Source: Squalus acanthias
Taxonomy: Eukaryota
Length of the DNA stretch: 64,000 bases
Assembly: GCA_030390025.1 (NCBI GenBank)
Contig: CM059431.1
Span: forward strand, 137,518,001-137,582,000
Reading direction: 5' to 3'
Positions 1 to 12,262 of this stretch are shown in pieces. Within the stretch, counting starts at the first letter, position 1; every line of letters starts with the position of its first letter. The position numbers and the translations under genes are program-made. The notes beneath the pieces were generated by a model. That model was given only the letters and a program-made list of their open reading frames with translations, was not told the origin of the DNA and searched no databases.

Positions 1-2293
1 TTAAAGGGTAAGACGACACATGATCAGTGGTGTACATTCAAGGAGTTATTTTACAACTTCCAAAAAAAATATATTCCACTGAAAAGAAAAGGGTGTAAAA
101 GAAAGGACAGTCATCCGTGGCTAAGTAAAGAAATTAAGGATAGTATTCGACTAAAAACAAGGGCATATAAGGTAGCGAATCTAGTGGGAGGACAGAGGAT
201 TGGGAAAACTTTAAAAGGCAGCAAAAAATAACAAAAAGATTGATTAAGAAAGGGAAGATAGATTATGAAAGTAAATTAGCAAAAAATATAAAAACAGATA
301 GTAAGAGTTTTTATAGTTATATAAAAAGAAAAAGGGTGGCTAAAGTAAATGTTGGTCCCTTAGAGGATGAGACCGGGAAATTAATGGTGGGAAATATGGA
401 GATGGCAAAAACACTGAATGAATATTTTGTATCAGTCTTTACAGTAGAGGACACTAAGAATATCCCAACACTGGACAAACAGGGGGCTATAGCGGGAGAG
501 GAGCTAAACACGATCAAAATCACTAAGGAAGTGGTACTCGGTAAAATAATGGGACTCAAGGCGGATAAATCACCTGGACCTGATGGCTTACATCCTAGAG
601 TCTTGAAGGAAGTGGCGGTAGGGATTGTAGATGCAGTGGTAATAATTTTTCAAAACTCCCTGGATTCCGCTAAGGTCCCAGCAGACTGGAAAACTGCTAA
701 TGTAACACCCTTATTTAAAAAGGGCAGTAGACAGAAGGCTGGTAACTATAGACCGGTTAGCCTAACATCTGTGGTAGGTAAAATTTTGGAGTCCATTATT
801 AAGGAAACAGTAACAGGACATTTGGATAATCTTAATTTAATAGGACAAAGTCATCATGGTTTTACGAAGGGGAAGTCATGTTTGACAAATTTGCTGGAGT
901 TCTTTGAGGAAGTAACATATAGAGTGGATAAAGGGGAACCAGTGGACGTAATGTATTTAGACTTCCAAAAGGCATTTGACAAGGTGCCACACAAAAGATT
1001 ATTGCTTAAGGTAAAAAATCACGGGATTGGGGGTAATATTCTGGCATGGATAGAGGATTGGCTATCTAACAGAAAGCAAAGAGTTGGGATAAATGGTTCA
1101 TTCTCAGACTGGCAATCAGTAACTCGTGGTGTTCCACAGGGGTCAGTGCTGGGTCCCCAACTCTTTACAATCTATATTAACGATTTGGAGGAAGGGACCA
1201 AGTGTAACATATCAAAATTTGCAGATGATACAAAGATGGGAGGGAAAGTAGTGAGTGAGGAGGACATAAAAAACCTGCAAGGGGACATAGACAGGCTAAG
1301 TAAGTGGGCAGAGATTTGGCAGATGGAATACAACACTGGAAAGTGTGAGGTGATGCACTTTGGCAGGAAAAATCCTAGAGCAATTTATTATCTTAATGGC
1401 AAGAAACTGGAGAGTACTGAAGTGCAAAGGGATCTGGGGGTCCTGGTGCACGAAACTCAAAAGGTTAGTATGCAGGTGCAGCAAGTGATTAAGAAGGCAA
1501 ATGGAATGTTGGCTTTCATTGCTAGGGGGATAGAATATAAAAATAGGGAGGTATTGCTTCAGTTGTACAAGGTATTGGTGAGACCGCACCTGGAATACTG
1601 CATACAGTTTTGGTGTCCTTACTTAAGGAAAGACATCCTTGCTCTCGAGGCAGTGCAAAAAAGGTTCACTCGGTTAATCCCGGGGATGAGGGGATAGACA
1701 TATGAGGAGAGGTTGGGTAGATTGGGACTCTACTCATTGGAGTTCAGAAGAATGAGAGGCGATCTTATTGAAACATATAAGATTGTGAAGGGGTTTGATC
1801 GGGTGGATGCGGGGAGGATGTTCCCGATGACGGGTGAGACTAGAACTAGGGGACATAGTCTTAGAATAAGGGGCTGCTCTTTCAAAACTGAGATGAGGAG
1901 GAACTACTTCACTCAGAGGGTGGTAGGTCCATGGAATATGCTGCCACAAAAAGCTGTAGAAGCTACAACATTAAATAAATTTAAAACAGAAATAGACATT
2001 TCCTAGAAGTAAAGGGCATTAAGGGTTACGGGGAGCGGACAGGAATTTGGGCATGAGTCTAGGTTCGGATCGGTCATGGCCCTGTGGGTAGTGGAGCGGG
2101 CCCAGGGACCGTGTAGCCTGATTCTGCTCCTATTTCGTGTGTGCAATTCTGTTAGATGCAGGAGATGGTTCTGTGATAGATAGTAGATTGGCGGTTAGGA
2201 TCAGATCAGCCATGATCTTATTGAATGGCGGAGCAGGCTCGAGGGGCCGATTGGCCTACTCCTGCTCCTATTTCTTATGTTCTTATGTTCTTA
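1..2293 (+). mobile_element. CR1-clade LINE, 3' portion (5' end outside window), ending in (TTCTTATG)n tail
   Basis: ORF2 RT motifs (KSPGPDG, NYRPVSLTS, LDFQKAFDKV, GVPQGSVLGP, FADD). 3' UTR stem-loop GAGCAGG...CCTGCTCC and octamer tail ttcttatgttcttatgttctta at ~2272-2293. Confidence 0.95.
240..2006 (+). pseudogene. CR1 ORF2 reverse transcriptase with one in-frame stop (TAG 1695-1697)
   Basis: ORF 240-1697 continues in frame after the TAG (TYEERLGRLGLYSLEFRRMRGDLIETYK...) to 2006. Confidence 0.9.
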
Positions 2294-2318
2294 CCCTGTA
2301 ACCATTGTGTACTGTCTA

Positions 2319-2440
2319 CAGGACCAGTGTGTATGAGTCAATGGGACTCTCTCTGACCTTTCTCCCCAGTCCATCTCCAGGACCAGTGTGTATCTGAGTC
2401 AATGGGACTCTCTCTGACCTTTCTCCCCAGTCGATCTCTG
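2319..2440. repeat. ~61-bp minisatellite, ~2 copies
   Basis: Unit caggaccagtgtgtatctgagtcaatgggactctctctgacctttctccccagtccatctc. The same unit occurs at 5.58-5.74 kb. Confidence 0.9.
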
Positions 2441-2542
2441 GAAGCTCTTTGAATCGGAAGGGTTCTCTCTGGTTGGTGCTCTCACAATCCGGTGCTGGTT
2501 CACCTGCTGTTGTTCCTCAGTCTACAATCCCTGTTTACTTAC

Positions 2543-2585
2543 AGCTGTGGACCTTCCTCAATCACTCCATCATTCACCGGGAGAT
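2543..2585 (-). other. Candidate 43-nt internal exon of an unidentified host transcript
   Basis: Minus strand: polypyrimidine acceptor ttctcattttctgctctgccataattag, then the exon, then donor GTAAGT. No product recognisable. Confidence 0.35.
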
Positions 2586-2849
2586 CTAATTATGGCAGAG
2601 CAGAAAATGAGAATATTTATCGAAAGCGTGAAATAATGTAATGTAGACTTTTCTTCTGCTTTCTAAAAATTAAATTCCAAGGCCGAGTATTTGTTTGATT
2701 TTGTCCCTTTCCTCAGATCCCCAGTTCCGGGGCTGTGTGTTTAGTTTGGAGATTTTCCTCACAGTAAATTTCCTGCCGCCTGAGACGCCCCCATTCTCAC
2801 TGCTCTGGATGGAAATGCGCCATTTTGTGTCCAAAGTGCATGAACCCAC

Positions 2850-3245
2850 CGCGCCCTCCACCCCCGGCCCAGCTCCTGTATTGTGAGCCGGTTCAGCACA
2901 TTCCCCGGGAGCGGATGCTGACAGGAATCTCCCCTCCGTTTCTCTGCCGAGTTACAAAGCGGGTCTGTGACAGTGTGAAGCCCCTCCCTCCCTCGCTGTG
3001 ATCTAAACTCTGGGCTGAGCAGCTGCGCTGTCAGGCCGTGTGCTGAATGGAGCCGAGTTCCCTCAGTCACAGAGCGCAGCCCCTGTAACCCGGGCAACCA
3101 TCCTGTTTCTTACCGTCACACAGCAAACCCCGCCCACTGCACATCCCCGGATCAGCAAGGGAGCGGCACCGCGCCTGCGCGGGAGAGTAATGTGACGCGA
3201 ACTCATCACTATAGCGCCGCCAGTGGTGGGAGGACTACATCGGAA
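2850..3245 (-). promoter_or_regulatory. CpG-rich unique island, possible promoter/first exon (donor GTAAGA at 3113 on minus strand)
   Basis: Locally CpG-rich non-repeat DNA with a minus-strand splice donor ACG|GTAAGA. Confidence 0.3.
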
Positions 3246-3290
3246 CATATTAGCAGGAGGCAGCCATTCAGCCCCTCCAGCCTGTTCCAC

Positions 3291-4906
3291 CAACCAATTC
3301 GATTCACTCCATTTGATTTAAGGAAAGGGTTGAGCACACTGGATACAGCAAAGGCTATATGGACCCTGACAACATCCCGGCTATCTTGCTGAAGACTTGC
3401 GCTCCAGAACTAGCCGCGCCTCTAGGCAAGCTGTTCCAGTACAGCTACAACACTGGCATCTATCCGACAATGTGGAAAACTGCCCAGGTATGTCCTGTCC
3501 ACAAAAAGCAGGACAAATCCAATCCGGCCAATTACCGCCCAATCAGTCTACTCTCAATAATCAGCAAAGTGATGGAAGGTGTCATCGACAGTGCTATCAA
3601 GCGACACTTACTCACCAATAACTTGCTCACTGATGCCCAGTTTGGGTTCCGCCAAGACCACTCGGCTCCCGACCTCATTACAGCCTTGGTCCAAACATGG
3701 CAAAGGAGCTGAATTCCAGAGGTGAGGGGAGAGTGACTGCCCTTGACATCAAGGCAGCATTTGACCGTCTGTGGCATCAAGGAGCCCTAGTAAAACTGAA
3801 GTCAATGGGAATTGGGGGAAATTCACCACTGACTGGAGTCAGACCTAGCACAAAGGAAGATGGTTGCGGTGGTTGAAGGTCAATCATCACAGCCCCAGGA
3901 TATCGCTGCAGGAGTTCCTCAGGACAGTGTCCTAGGCCCAATCATCTTCAGCTGCTTCATCAATGACCTTCCCTCCAACATAAGGTCAGAAATGGGGATG
4001 TTCGCTGATGACTGCACAGTGTTCAGCACCATTCACAACTCCTCAGATAATGAAGCAGTCCATGCCTACATGCAGCAAGACCTGGACGACATTCAGGCTT
4101 GGGCTGATAAGTGGCAGGTATCATTCGCGCCACAGAAGTGCTAGGCAATGACTATCTCCAACAAGCGAGATTGTAACCACAACCCCTTGACATTCAACAG
4201 CATTACCATCGCCAAATCCCCCACCATCAACATCCTGGGGTTCACCATTGACCAGAAACTTAACTGGACCAGACACATAAATAGTGTGTCAACAAGAGCA
4301 GGTCAGAGTTGAGGTATTCTGCAGCAAGTGTCTCACCTCCTGACTCCCGAAAGCCTTTCCACCATCTACAAGGCACAAGTCAGGAGTGTGATGGAATACT
4401 CTCCACTTGCCTGGATGAGTGCAGCTCCAACAACACTCAAGAATCTCGACACCATCCATGACAAAGCAGCCCGTTTGATTGGCACCCCATCCACCACCTT
4501 AAATATTCACTCCCTCCACCACCGGCGCACCGTGGCTGCAGTGTGGACCATCTACAGGATGCACTGCAGCAACTCGCCAAGGCTTCTTCGGCAGCACCTC
4601 CCAAACCCGCGACCTCTTCCACCGAGAAGTACAAGGGCAGCAGGCGCATGGGAATACCACCACCTCCAAGTTCCACTCCAAGTCACACACCATCCTGACT
4701 TGGAAATATATCGCCGATCCTTCATCGTCGCTGGGTCAAAATCCTGGAACTCCCTCCCTACCAGCACTGTGGGAGTACCTTCACCACACGGACTGCAGCG
4801 TTTCAAGAAGGTGGCTCACCACCACCCTCTCGAGGGCAATTAGGAATGGCCAATAAATGCTGGCCTTGCCAGCGACGCCCACATCCCATAAACGAATTTA
4901 AAAAAA
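3291..4906 (+). mobile_element. 5'-truncated CR1-group LINE of a second family (A-rich tail), ORF2 RT broken by stops/frameshifts
   Basis: PDNIPAILLKTCAPEL, NYRPISLLS, QFGFR, GVPQDSVLGP, FADD, YKAQVRSVMEY in ORFs 3359-4843. Ends aataaatgc...aatttaaaaaaa. Confidence 0.85.
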
Positions 4907-4989
4907 TTAGACCACGGCTGATCTGTGCCTTAACTCCATGGACCTGCCTTGGTTCTGTATCCCTTAATGCCCAACAAACATCTATTAAT

Positions 4990-5089
4990 ACAATAGTAAA
5001 ATACTGTGGATGTTGGAAATCCAAAATAGCAACAGAAAATGCTGGAAACACTGAGCAGGTCAGGCAGCAGCCGTGGAGAGAGAAAAACG
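4990..5089. mobile_element. Short insertion resembling a Penelope-type terminal repeat fragment, with 9-bp TSD
   Basis: Direct repeat tctattaat at 4981-4989 and 5090-5098. Sequence aaatgctggaaacactgagcaggtcaggcagc resembles a common fish/shark Penelope-like repeat (family call from memory). Confidence 0.5.
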
Positions 5090-5197
5090 TCTATTAATCT
5101 GAGTTTTGAAATTTTTCAATGGACCCCCCAGCCTCAACAGCTTGTCGGGGGAGAGTTTTCCAGATTTCCACTACCCTTTGCGTGAAGAAATGCTGTC

Positions 5198-5352
5198 CGC
5201 CACCCAAATGGAACTAGATAAGTACCTGAAAATAATTGCAGGGCTACGGAGAAAGGGCGGGGGATTGAGTTGAAGTGCTCTTGCAGAGAGCCAGCACGGG
5301 CTGGGCGGGCCAAATGGCCTCCTACTGTGCCGTAACGATGATTCTATGATCC
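5198..5352 (+). mobile_element. CR1 3' end fragment
   Basis: gggccaaatggcctcctactgtgccgtaa...attctatgat, a CR1-type terminus. Confidence 0.6.
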
Positions 5353-5577
5353 TATCAACCCCTAACTGCCTAGCTCTAATTTGAAGAAGTTTATGCCTCA
5401 TTGTTCTGGACTCCCCCACCAGAGGAAAAATAGTTTTTCTCTATCTACCCTGTCAAATCCTTTAATCATCTTAAACACCTCAATTAGTACACACCTTGAT
5501 CTTCTATATTCAAGGCAATAGAAGCCTAGTCTTTGCAACCTGTTCTCATAATTTATCCATTTTAGCTCAGGTCTCAT

Positions 5578-5743
5578 CCCCCAGTCAATCTCCAGGACCA
5601 GTGTGTATCTGAGTCAATGGGACTCTCTCTGACCTTTCTCCCCGGTCCATCTCCAGGACCAGTGTGTATCTGAGTCAATGGGACTCTCTCTGACCTTTCT
5701 CCTCGGTCCATCTCCAGGACCAGTGTGTATCTGAGTCAATGGG
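5578..5743. repeat. 61-bp minisatellite, ~2.7 copies
   Basis: caggacc unit starts at 5593, 5654 and 5715 (period 61). Confidence 0.9.
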
Positions 5744-5934
5744 TCTACCTCCCTCTCCCTTTATGACAGAGGCGGGCTGTGTTTGGCTGTGCGGGGCAGG
5801 GCAGGAAGGTTTCTAGCGATAAGTGAGGCATCTTAATCAGAATATTCAACAATCAGAACCGGCATTAACTGTGGCGCAGTGCAGGAACACTCAGACTGAA
5901 CTGTCCCCGTGTTGGAGAGCGAGAGACAAGAGGA

Positions 5935-8900
5935 TCACATACATCGGATTACATCGGATATACAGGCGCAGTAACAGGCCATTCGGCCCAAACAGGCCAC
6001 GCTGGCGTTTATGCTCCTCTTGCCTTTTCTCATCGAAATTTATCAGCATAATCCTCTATTCCCTTCTCCCTCATATGCTTGTCTAGCCTCCCCTTAAATG
6101 CATCTATACCTTTCAGTTCAACCACTCCCTGTGGCAGCGAGTTCCACATTCTCGCCACTCTTTGGGTAAAGATGTTTTTTCTTAATTCCCTGTTGGATTT
6201 CTTGGTGACTATCTTTGATTGATGGCCTCTAGTTATGCTCCTCCCAACAGAGTGGATACAGAGAGAATGTTTCCACTTATCAAAAGCTTTCATAATTTTA
6301 AAGACCTCTATTGGGTCACCCCTCAGCCTTCTTTTATCGAGAAAAGAGACCCTGTTCATCCTTTCCTGATATGTATACCCTCGCATTTCTGGTATCATTC
6401 TTGTAAATCATCTCTGTACCCTCTCCAGTGCCTCTATATCCTTTTTATAATATGGCGACCAGAACTGTACACAGTACTGCAATTGTGGTCTAACCAAGGT
6501 TCGATACAGCTTTAGTATAACCTCCTTACTTTTCAATTCTATAGCTCTAGAAATAAACCCCAGTTCATGGTTTGCTTTTTTTTTTAAGGCCTTGCTAACC
6601 GGTGTCGCAACTTCTAGTGATTTGTGTATTTGTACTCCTAGATCCCTTTGTTCCTCTACCCTACCTAGACTCGCACCCTCCAAGTGATGTGACCTCCCTA
6701 TTCTTCCTACCGAAATGTAATACCTCACATTTATGTGTGTTGAACTTCATTTTCCAATTATATGCCCATTCAGCAAGTTTATTAATGTCCTCCTGTATCT
6801 TGTTGCAGTCCTCCTCAGTATTGACTACCCCCCCGCCAATTTGGTATCATCCACAAATTTAGAAATTGTGTTTTTGATTCCTAAGTCTAAATCATTAATG
6901 TAAATTGTGAACAGCATTAATCCCAGCACTGATCCTTGTAGAACACCACTACCCACCTTCTGCCACTGTGAATAGCTACTCTTTACTCCTACTCTCTGCT
7001 CTGTCCTGAAGCCAGCCAGCAATCCATTCTGCTACTTGTCCCCTGACTCCACATTCACTGACCTTGTTCATCAGTCTATTATGGGGTACCTTATCGAAGG
7101 CCTTTTGAAAATCCAGAAAAATTACATCTACTGCATTACCATTATCTACTCTCTCGGTTACCTCTTCAAAAAATTCAATAAGGTTGGTCAAGCAAGACTT
7201 TCCCTTTTGAAATCAATGTTAAATATTCATTATTATTTTTGGTTTCTAGATGTTCTATTTTCTCCTTTAGTAGGGATTCCATTATTTTTCCTACCACCGA
7301 TGTTAAGCTGACTGGTCTATAATTCCCTGGATATGTTCTGTCCCCCTTCTTAAATATCGGTGTTACGTTAGCTATCCGTCAGTCCTCTGGCTCTATACCT
7401 TTTTCTAGCGAATTATTAAATATGTGTAATAATGCCTCTGCTATCTACATAGAACAGTACAGCACAGTACAGGCCCTTCGGCCCTCGATGTTGTGCCGAG
7501 CATTGTCTGAAACCAAGATCAAGCTATCCCACTCCCTATCATTCTGGTGTGCTCCATGTGCTTATCCAATAACCGCTTGAAAGTTCAGAAAGTGTCCGAC
7601 TCCACTATCACAGCAGGCAGTCCATTCCACACCCCAACCACTCTCTGAGTAAAGAATCTACCTCGGACATCCCTTCTATATCTCCCCCCATGCACCTTAT
7701 AGTTATGCCCCCTTGTAACAGCTACCTCCACACGAGGAAATAGTCTCTGAACATCCACTCTATCTATCCCCCTCATCATCTTATAAACCTCTATTAAGTC
7801 GCCTCTCATCCTCCTCCGCTCTAAAGAGAAAAGCCCTAACTCCCTCAATCTTTCCTCATAAGACCTCCCCCCAAACCAGGCAGCATCCTGGTAAATCTCC
7901 TTTGCACTCTTTCCAATGCTTCCACGTCCTTCCTATAGTGAGGTGACCAGAACTGCACACAATATTCCAAATGTGGTCTCACCAAGGTCCTGTACAGTTG
8001 CAGCATAACCTCACGGTTCTTAAACTCAAACCCCTTGTTAATAAACGCTAACACACTATAGGCCTTCTTTACTGCTCTATCCACTTGAGTGGCAACCTTC
8101 AGAGATCTGTGGATATGAACCCCCAGATCCCTCTGTTCCTCCACGTTCCTCAGAACCCTGCCGTTGACCCTGTAATCCTTATTCAAATTTGCCCTACCAA
8201 AATGAATCACCTCGCACTTATCAGGGTTAAATTCCATCTGCCATTTTTCGGCCCAGCTCTGCATCCTATCAATGTCTCTTTGCAGCCTACAACAGCCCTC
8301 CACCTCATCCACTACTCCACCAATCTTGGTGTCATCAGCAAATTTACTGATCCACCCTTCAGTCCCCTCCTCCAAGTCATTGATAAAAATCACAAACAGC
8401 AGAGGACCCAGCACCGACCCCTGTGGCACACCGCTGGTAACTGGTCTCCAGTCCGAAAATTTTCCATCCACCACCACCCTCTGCCTTCTATGAGATAGCC
8501 AGTTACTTATCCAATCGGCCAAATTTCCCTCTATCCCACAACTCCTTACTTTCTTCATGAGCTGACCACTCTCATCCTCAAAATCTCTTGCCTAGATTCT
8601 TTTAAAATGCGTGGATTCAATCCATCCAGACCAGGGGTTTTATCCTCTTTGAGTTTGATTAATTTATTTACTATATCACCTTCCTTATTTTAAATTCACT
8701 TATATCATTACTAATCTCATCATCCAATGTCATGTCCACCTGTTTTATCTCCCTGGTAAATACTGAAGCAAAACAATTATTTAATATTTCTGCCATCTCT
8801 CTGTCGTTACCTGTGGTTTTGCCCTGACTATCCCTTAATGGCCGTATTCCCATCACAACCTTCCATTTTTTATTGATGTGCCTATAAAATATTTTACTGT

Positions 8901-10022
8901 TTTGTTTTATGGTCCCTGATAATTTAATTTCATAGTTCCTATTTGCCACACAAATTGTTTTTTTGACTTCTCTCCTAATCTTTTCGTATTCTCTCTCATC
9001 ATGCACTCCCCTGCTGTCTATGTACTTAATGTATGCCTCTTTCCTTACCCTCAATTGTTCCGTTATGGCTTTATTCATCCACGGAGTCTCATTTTGTTTA
9101 GTTTGTTCTTTCCTTTTAGTGGAATATATTTTTCCTGCACTCTGTTGAACACCATTTCAAATGTTTCCCATTGCTATTCTGCATCATTGCTTGCAAATAT
9201 TGTTCCCCATTTTTATTTCCCAAGTTCTATTCTCAGCCCCTCAAAATCAACTTTTCCCCAATCTATTAACCTGGTTTTCATCATACTTGTGTCCTTCTCA
9301 ATTATCATCTTAAAGCATATTATATTGTGGTCACTATTGCCTATATGTTCCCCTACCTTTACTTCTCTTATCTGCTCTGGTTCATTCCCCTTTACTAGAT
9401 CCAATATCGAATCCTCCCTGGTTGGGCTTTTTACATATTGGGTTAGAAAGGAGTTCTGTAGACATTGTAGGAACTCCATTCCCTTATCCCCTTTACCTAT
9501 CTCTTCTGTCCAATTAATATTGGGGTAGTTGAAATTCCCCATGACTATTTTTCTGTTTTTTACTCATTTCCCTAATTTGTCTGCATATTTCTTCCTCCAC
9601 CTCCCTTCCACTATTAGGTGGTCTGTAGACTACGCCTATTAGTGTGATTGATCCTTTATTATCTTATCTCTATCCATACGGATTCTATTTTGTCTTGCTG
9701 ATATCTGCATCACTTTTTTCTACTGCCATTATGTTATCCCTAATAAGTACAGATACTCCACCCCCCCCCCTTTATCCTCTCTATCTTTTCTAAATATGTT
9801 ATATCCTGCAATGTTTAATTCCCAGTCCTGATTTTTCTGTAGCCATGTCTCAGTAATCCCTACTATGTCTGGTTCCTCGCGATGTATGATTGCCTCCAGC
9901 TCCCCTGTTTTATTACAGACACTGTGTGCACTGCTGTACAGACAGTTTAACTCATTTTTAATAGGATTTTCTCTCACTTTATGTTTAACCATCTTACTAA
10001 AGTAAACCGAGTCTCTCATCAT
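5935..10022 (-). mobile_element. Long decayed CR1 LINE (APE endonuclease + RT), interrupted at ~7447-8570 by another CR1
   Basis: APE motifs in 9729-10022 (PDIVGITETWL, GYNIFRKDR) and 9213-9542 (GNFNYPNINW, ILDLV, NSDHNII). RT pieces at 6030-7191. 3' UTR/tail near 5935-6030. Confidence 0.9.
7447..8570 (-). mobile_element. Younger 5'-truncated CR1 nested in the older CR1
   Basis: ORFs 7845-8558 and 7585-7848 (GVPQGSVLGP, FADD, LERRRMRGDLIE). It has its own 3' UTR at 7447-7580, and the host CR1 resumes after 8570. Confidence 0.88.
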
Positions 10023-10819
10023 AGCTCAGTCCCTTCATCTCAGCTCTCACCCTGAACAATTCCAGCCGGACTCCCTCCAGAGACAATCTGTCCTTCCTGG
10101 GACAGGCGTCCCAAGCTCAAAACACCGAGTTCCAGCTCACTGAACAACTGCAGTGACCTCGAGTGTTGTTTAGAGCTGGAATCCAAGGTTTAGTGATTTC
10201 TGTATCTAGAGTGAACTCCGTGTGACCCTCTCCCAGTCATTCCCTATTCACGCTGTATTCCAGTCTGTAACCCTTCAATCCAGAGTGTATTGTCCCACAT
10301 TGTGTTACATTAAACTACTTCCACAATCCCACCACTGTCTGCCTGACCAGCCTAGGATTGGCGGACACTGTGGAGCCCGTGTTCCAGGTCACTCTCGCTC
10401 GACCCCTCTGAACAATGAGAGGGATGGTGGGGAACGGGAGCAGGTTGAGCCGAGGGTCCCAGTGTTGGACAGACCATCCTCGGTCACTGTCCGAGCGGAC
10501 ACAGAGAATGGCGATAGCCGCCCGGGAATGGATTGCCCACAGCGGCCCGTGGAACAGAATCTCCCCGGGAGAGCCCGGCTTTAAACGGGTAGAGTAAAGA
10601 ATCAATGCCGAGTGAGACAGAATACAGGTTCAGAGCTCCATTCACATTACCTTGGTCCCCGGGATTCTCCGTCTCTCTGCAAGCTCCGTCTGTGGAGAGT
10701 CACTGCAGCCAATGGCTGGTTTTCACGGAGCGACTCACAGTTTGATCATTTGAGCTGATCCTTGTTGTTGAGATTTGGGCCCGAGTTTCACCCTCTGGGG
10801 AAAAGCTGCTTTCTGCTCG

Positions 10820-11473
10820 GAGACTCCACTGCGCATGCCCGGGAAACCGGAACTTCCGGTCTGGTGAAAGAAGCGGTTCAAGGGTCAACCGCGTGCGCGG
10901 GAGAGGCCGCGCGCGCGCAGCGAACTTCCGGTTTTTAAAGGTTTTGGAGTGAGGTTAAGTCAAGGCCCGTTTTTAACAAGGTAAGTGGGGAATTAACTAA
11001 AATTAAAACATTTTCCCCACAGGTTTATCTTTCTTAAATACTTTAAAGAAAGGTAAGTTTATTTTTAGCCCCGTTAAAAACTGTAATTAATTTTTTCAAA
11101 AATGTAAATTATTGTTTAAAATAGTTAATTTATGTAATTTATAGTTATTTTAAAAATGTGATGTTTTTTTAAATTTATTTTAAGTTTTACTTAGGTTTTG
11201 GGGCCGATCTCTATTCATAGATTTGACAGGTCTTCCTGTCAAATCTATGAATGGAGATTCCCTGCTCCAATTGGCTCTCCATGGCCCACGTGATCCCAGG
11301 GGACGCTTAGAACTAACTGCGCCTCTGGGATACGTGAGCACTGCGCGCCGGCAGCTGGAGGAGGCCCAGGATCGGAATCCCACGCGGGCCCACAGCACAA
11401 CGGCAGGCGCGCTAGGTAAGTGCAGGTTGGGGGCTTGCACCCGCGGGAAGCCTCCGACCCGAATTTCTGGCCC
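10820..11473 (+). mobile_element. Harbinger-derived MITE copy A (left end eroded)
   Basis: Right TIR gacccgaatttctggccc ends at 11473. Body is the inverted homologue of 16693-17190. Internal palindrome at ~11215-11252. Confidence 0.8.
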
Positions 11474-12262
11474 ATCTTTGGCCCTGAAATTCCATTCCCC
11501 GCGGGTGTGTACGCGCTGTGTACTCACCCGTAGGGCCAACGGAAGTGCCGGTTTCGCGCATGCGCTGGAAACCGGAACTTCCGCTCTCTTGAAGGAAGGG
11601 GTCCACAGGTCAACCGCGTGCGCAGGAGAGGCAGCGCGTAGACCTGGAACTTCCGTGTTTTTCTCAGTTGGTGCAGTGCGGGTAAGTCCCTAGCAGCTGC
11701 GCGTGGAAAAAGCAGGCGTACAGCCTTGGCAGAAGCTCCTGGACAGTCAGGAAGAACTCTTTCAGCATTGGGGCTACTAAACGGAACATTTTTAATTGTG
11801 AAAGGGAGCAAAGTTCTTTTCAGAAAGTCTGAGGTAAGTTTCCAACTTTAAAAATTTGTAAAAAACGGGTTTGGACCATGTTTTGAGTTGTGTAGTTATA
11901 AGGAGCAACTCTTGCTGTGTGCAAGACCTAATTGAATTAGATTTTTTCTTAAATGTGAAAATGACTGTTTAAAAATGAATTCTGTAATATTTACAAAAGT
12001 TTAAAAAAAGAAATTATCAATTATATTCCTTTAAGTATGTAAGTATGACTTTCTGAAAATGTTAGTTATTGGAAAATCATCTTGGGCCGTGATATTGATC
12101 AGGCGGGTATGACGTGTGCCCGATCCGATACCGCACGTTTCCCACCAGAGCCCCACTTGATTTTCTAGCAACTCACTTTATTAAAATTACTTTTACAACT
12201 CTTTCCATTTTTTCCTTACAAGTACTTTACCTGTTTAAAGAGGAAGCCTGTGAGGGAGAAAC

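Larger units (their letters stand above)
3243..5575 (-). mobile_element. Old CR1 3' remnant split by three younger insertions
   Basis: CR1 3'UTR pieces (ggcagccattcagcccctccagcctgttcc; ttagaccacggctgatct) at 3243-3290 and 4907-4989. ORF2 C-terminal remnants at 5090-5575 (GESRTMRH...). Confidence 0.65.

Noticed and set aside
2670..3293. Protein-coding host gene in short ORFs at 2.7-3.3 kb and 10.2-10.6 kb
   Set aside because: No recognisable domains or consistent coding splice structure. Only possible non-coding exons are retained, at low confidence.
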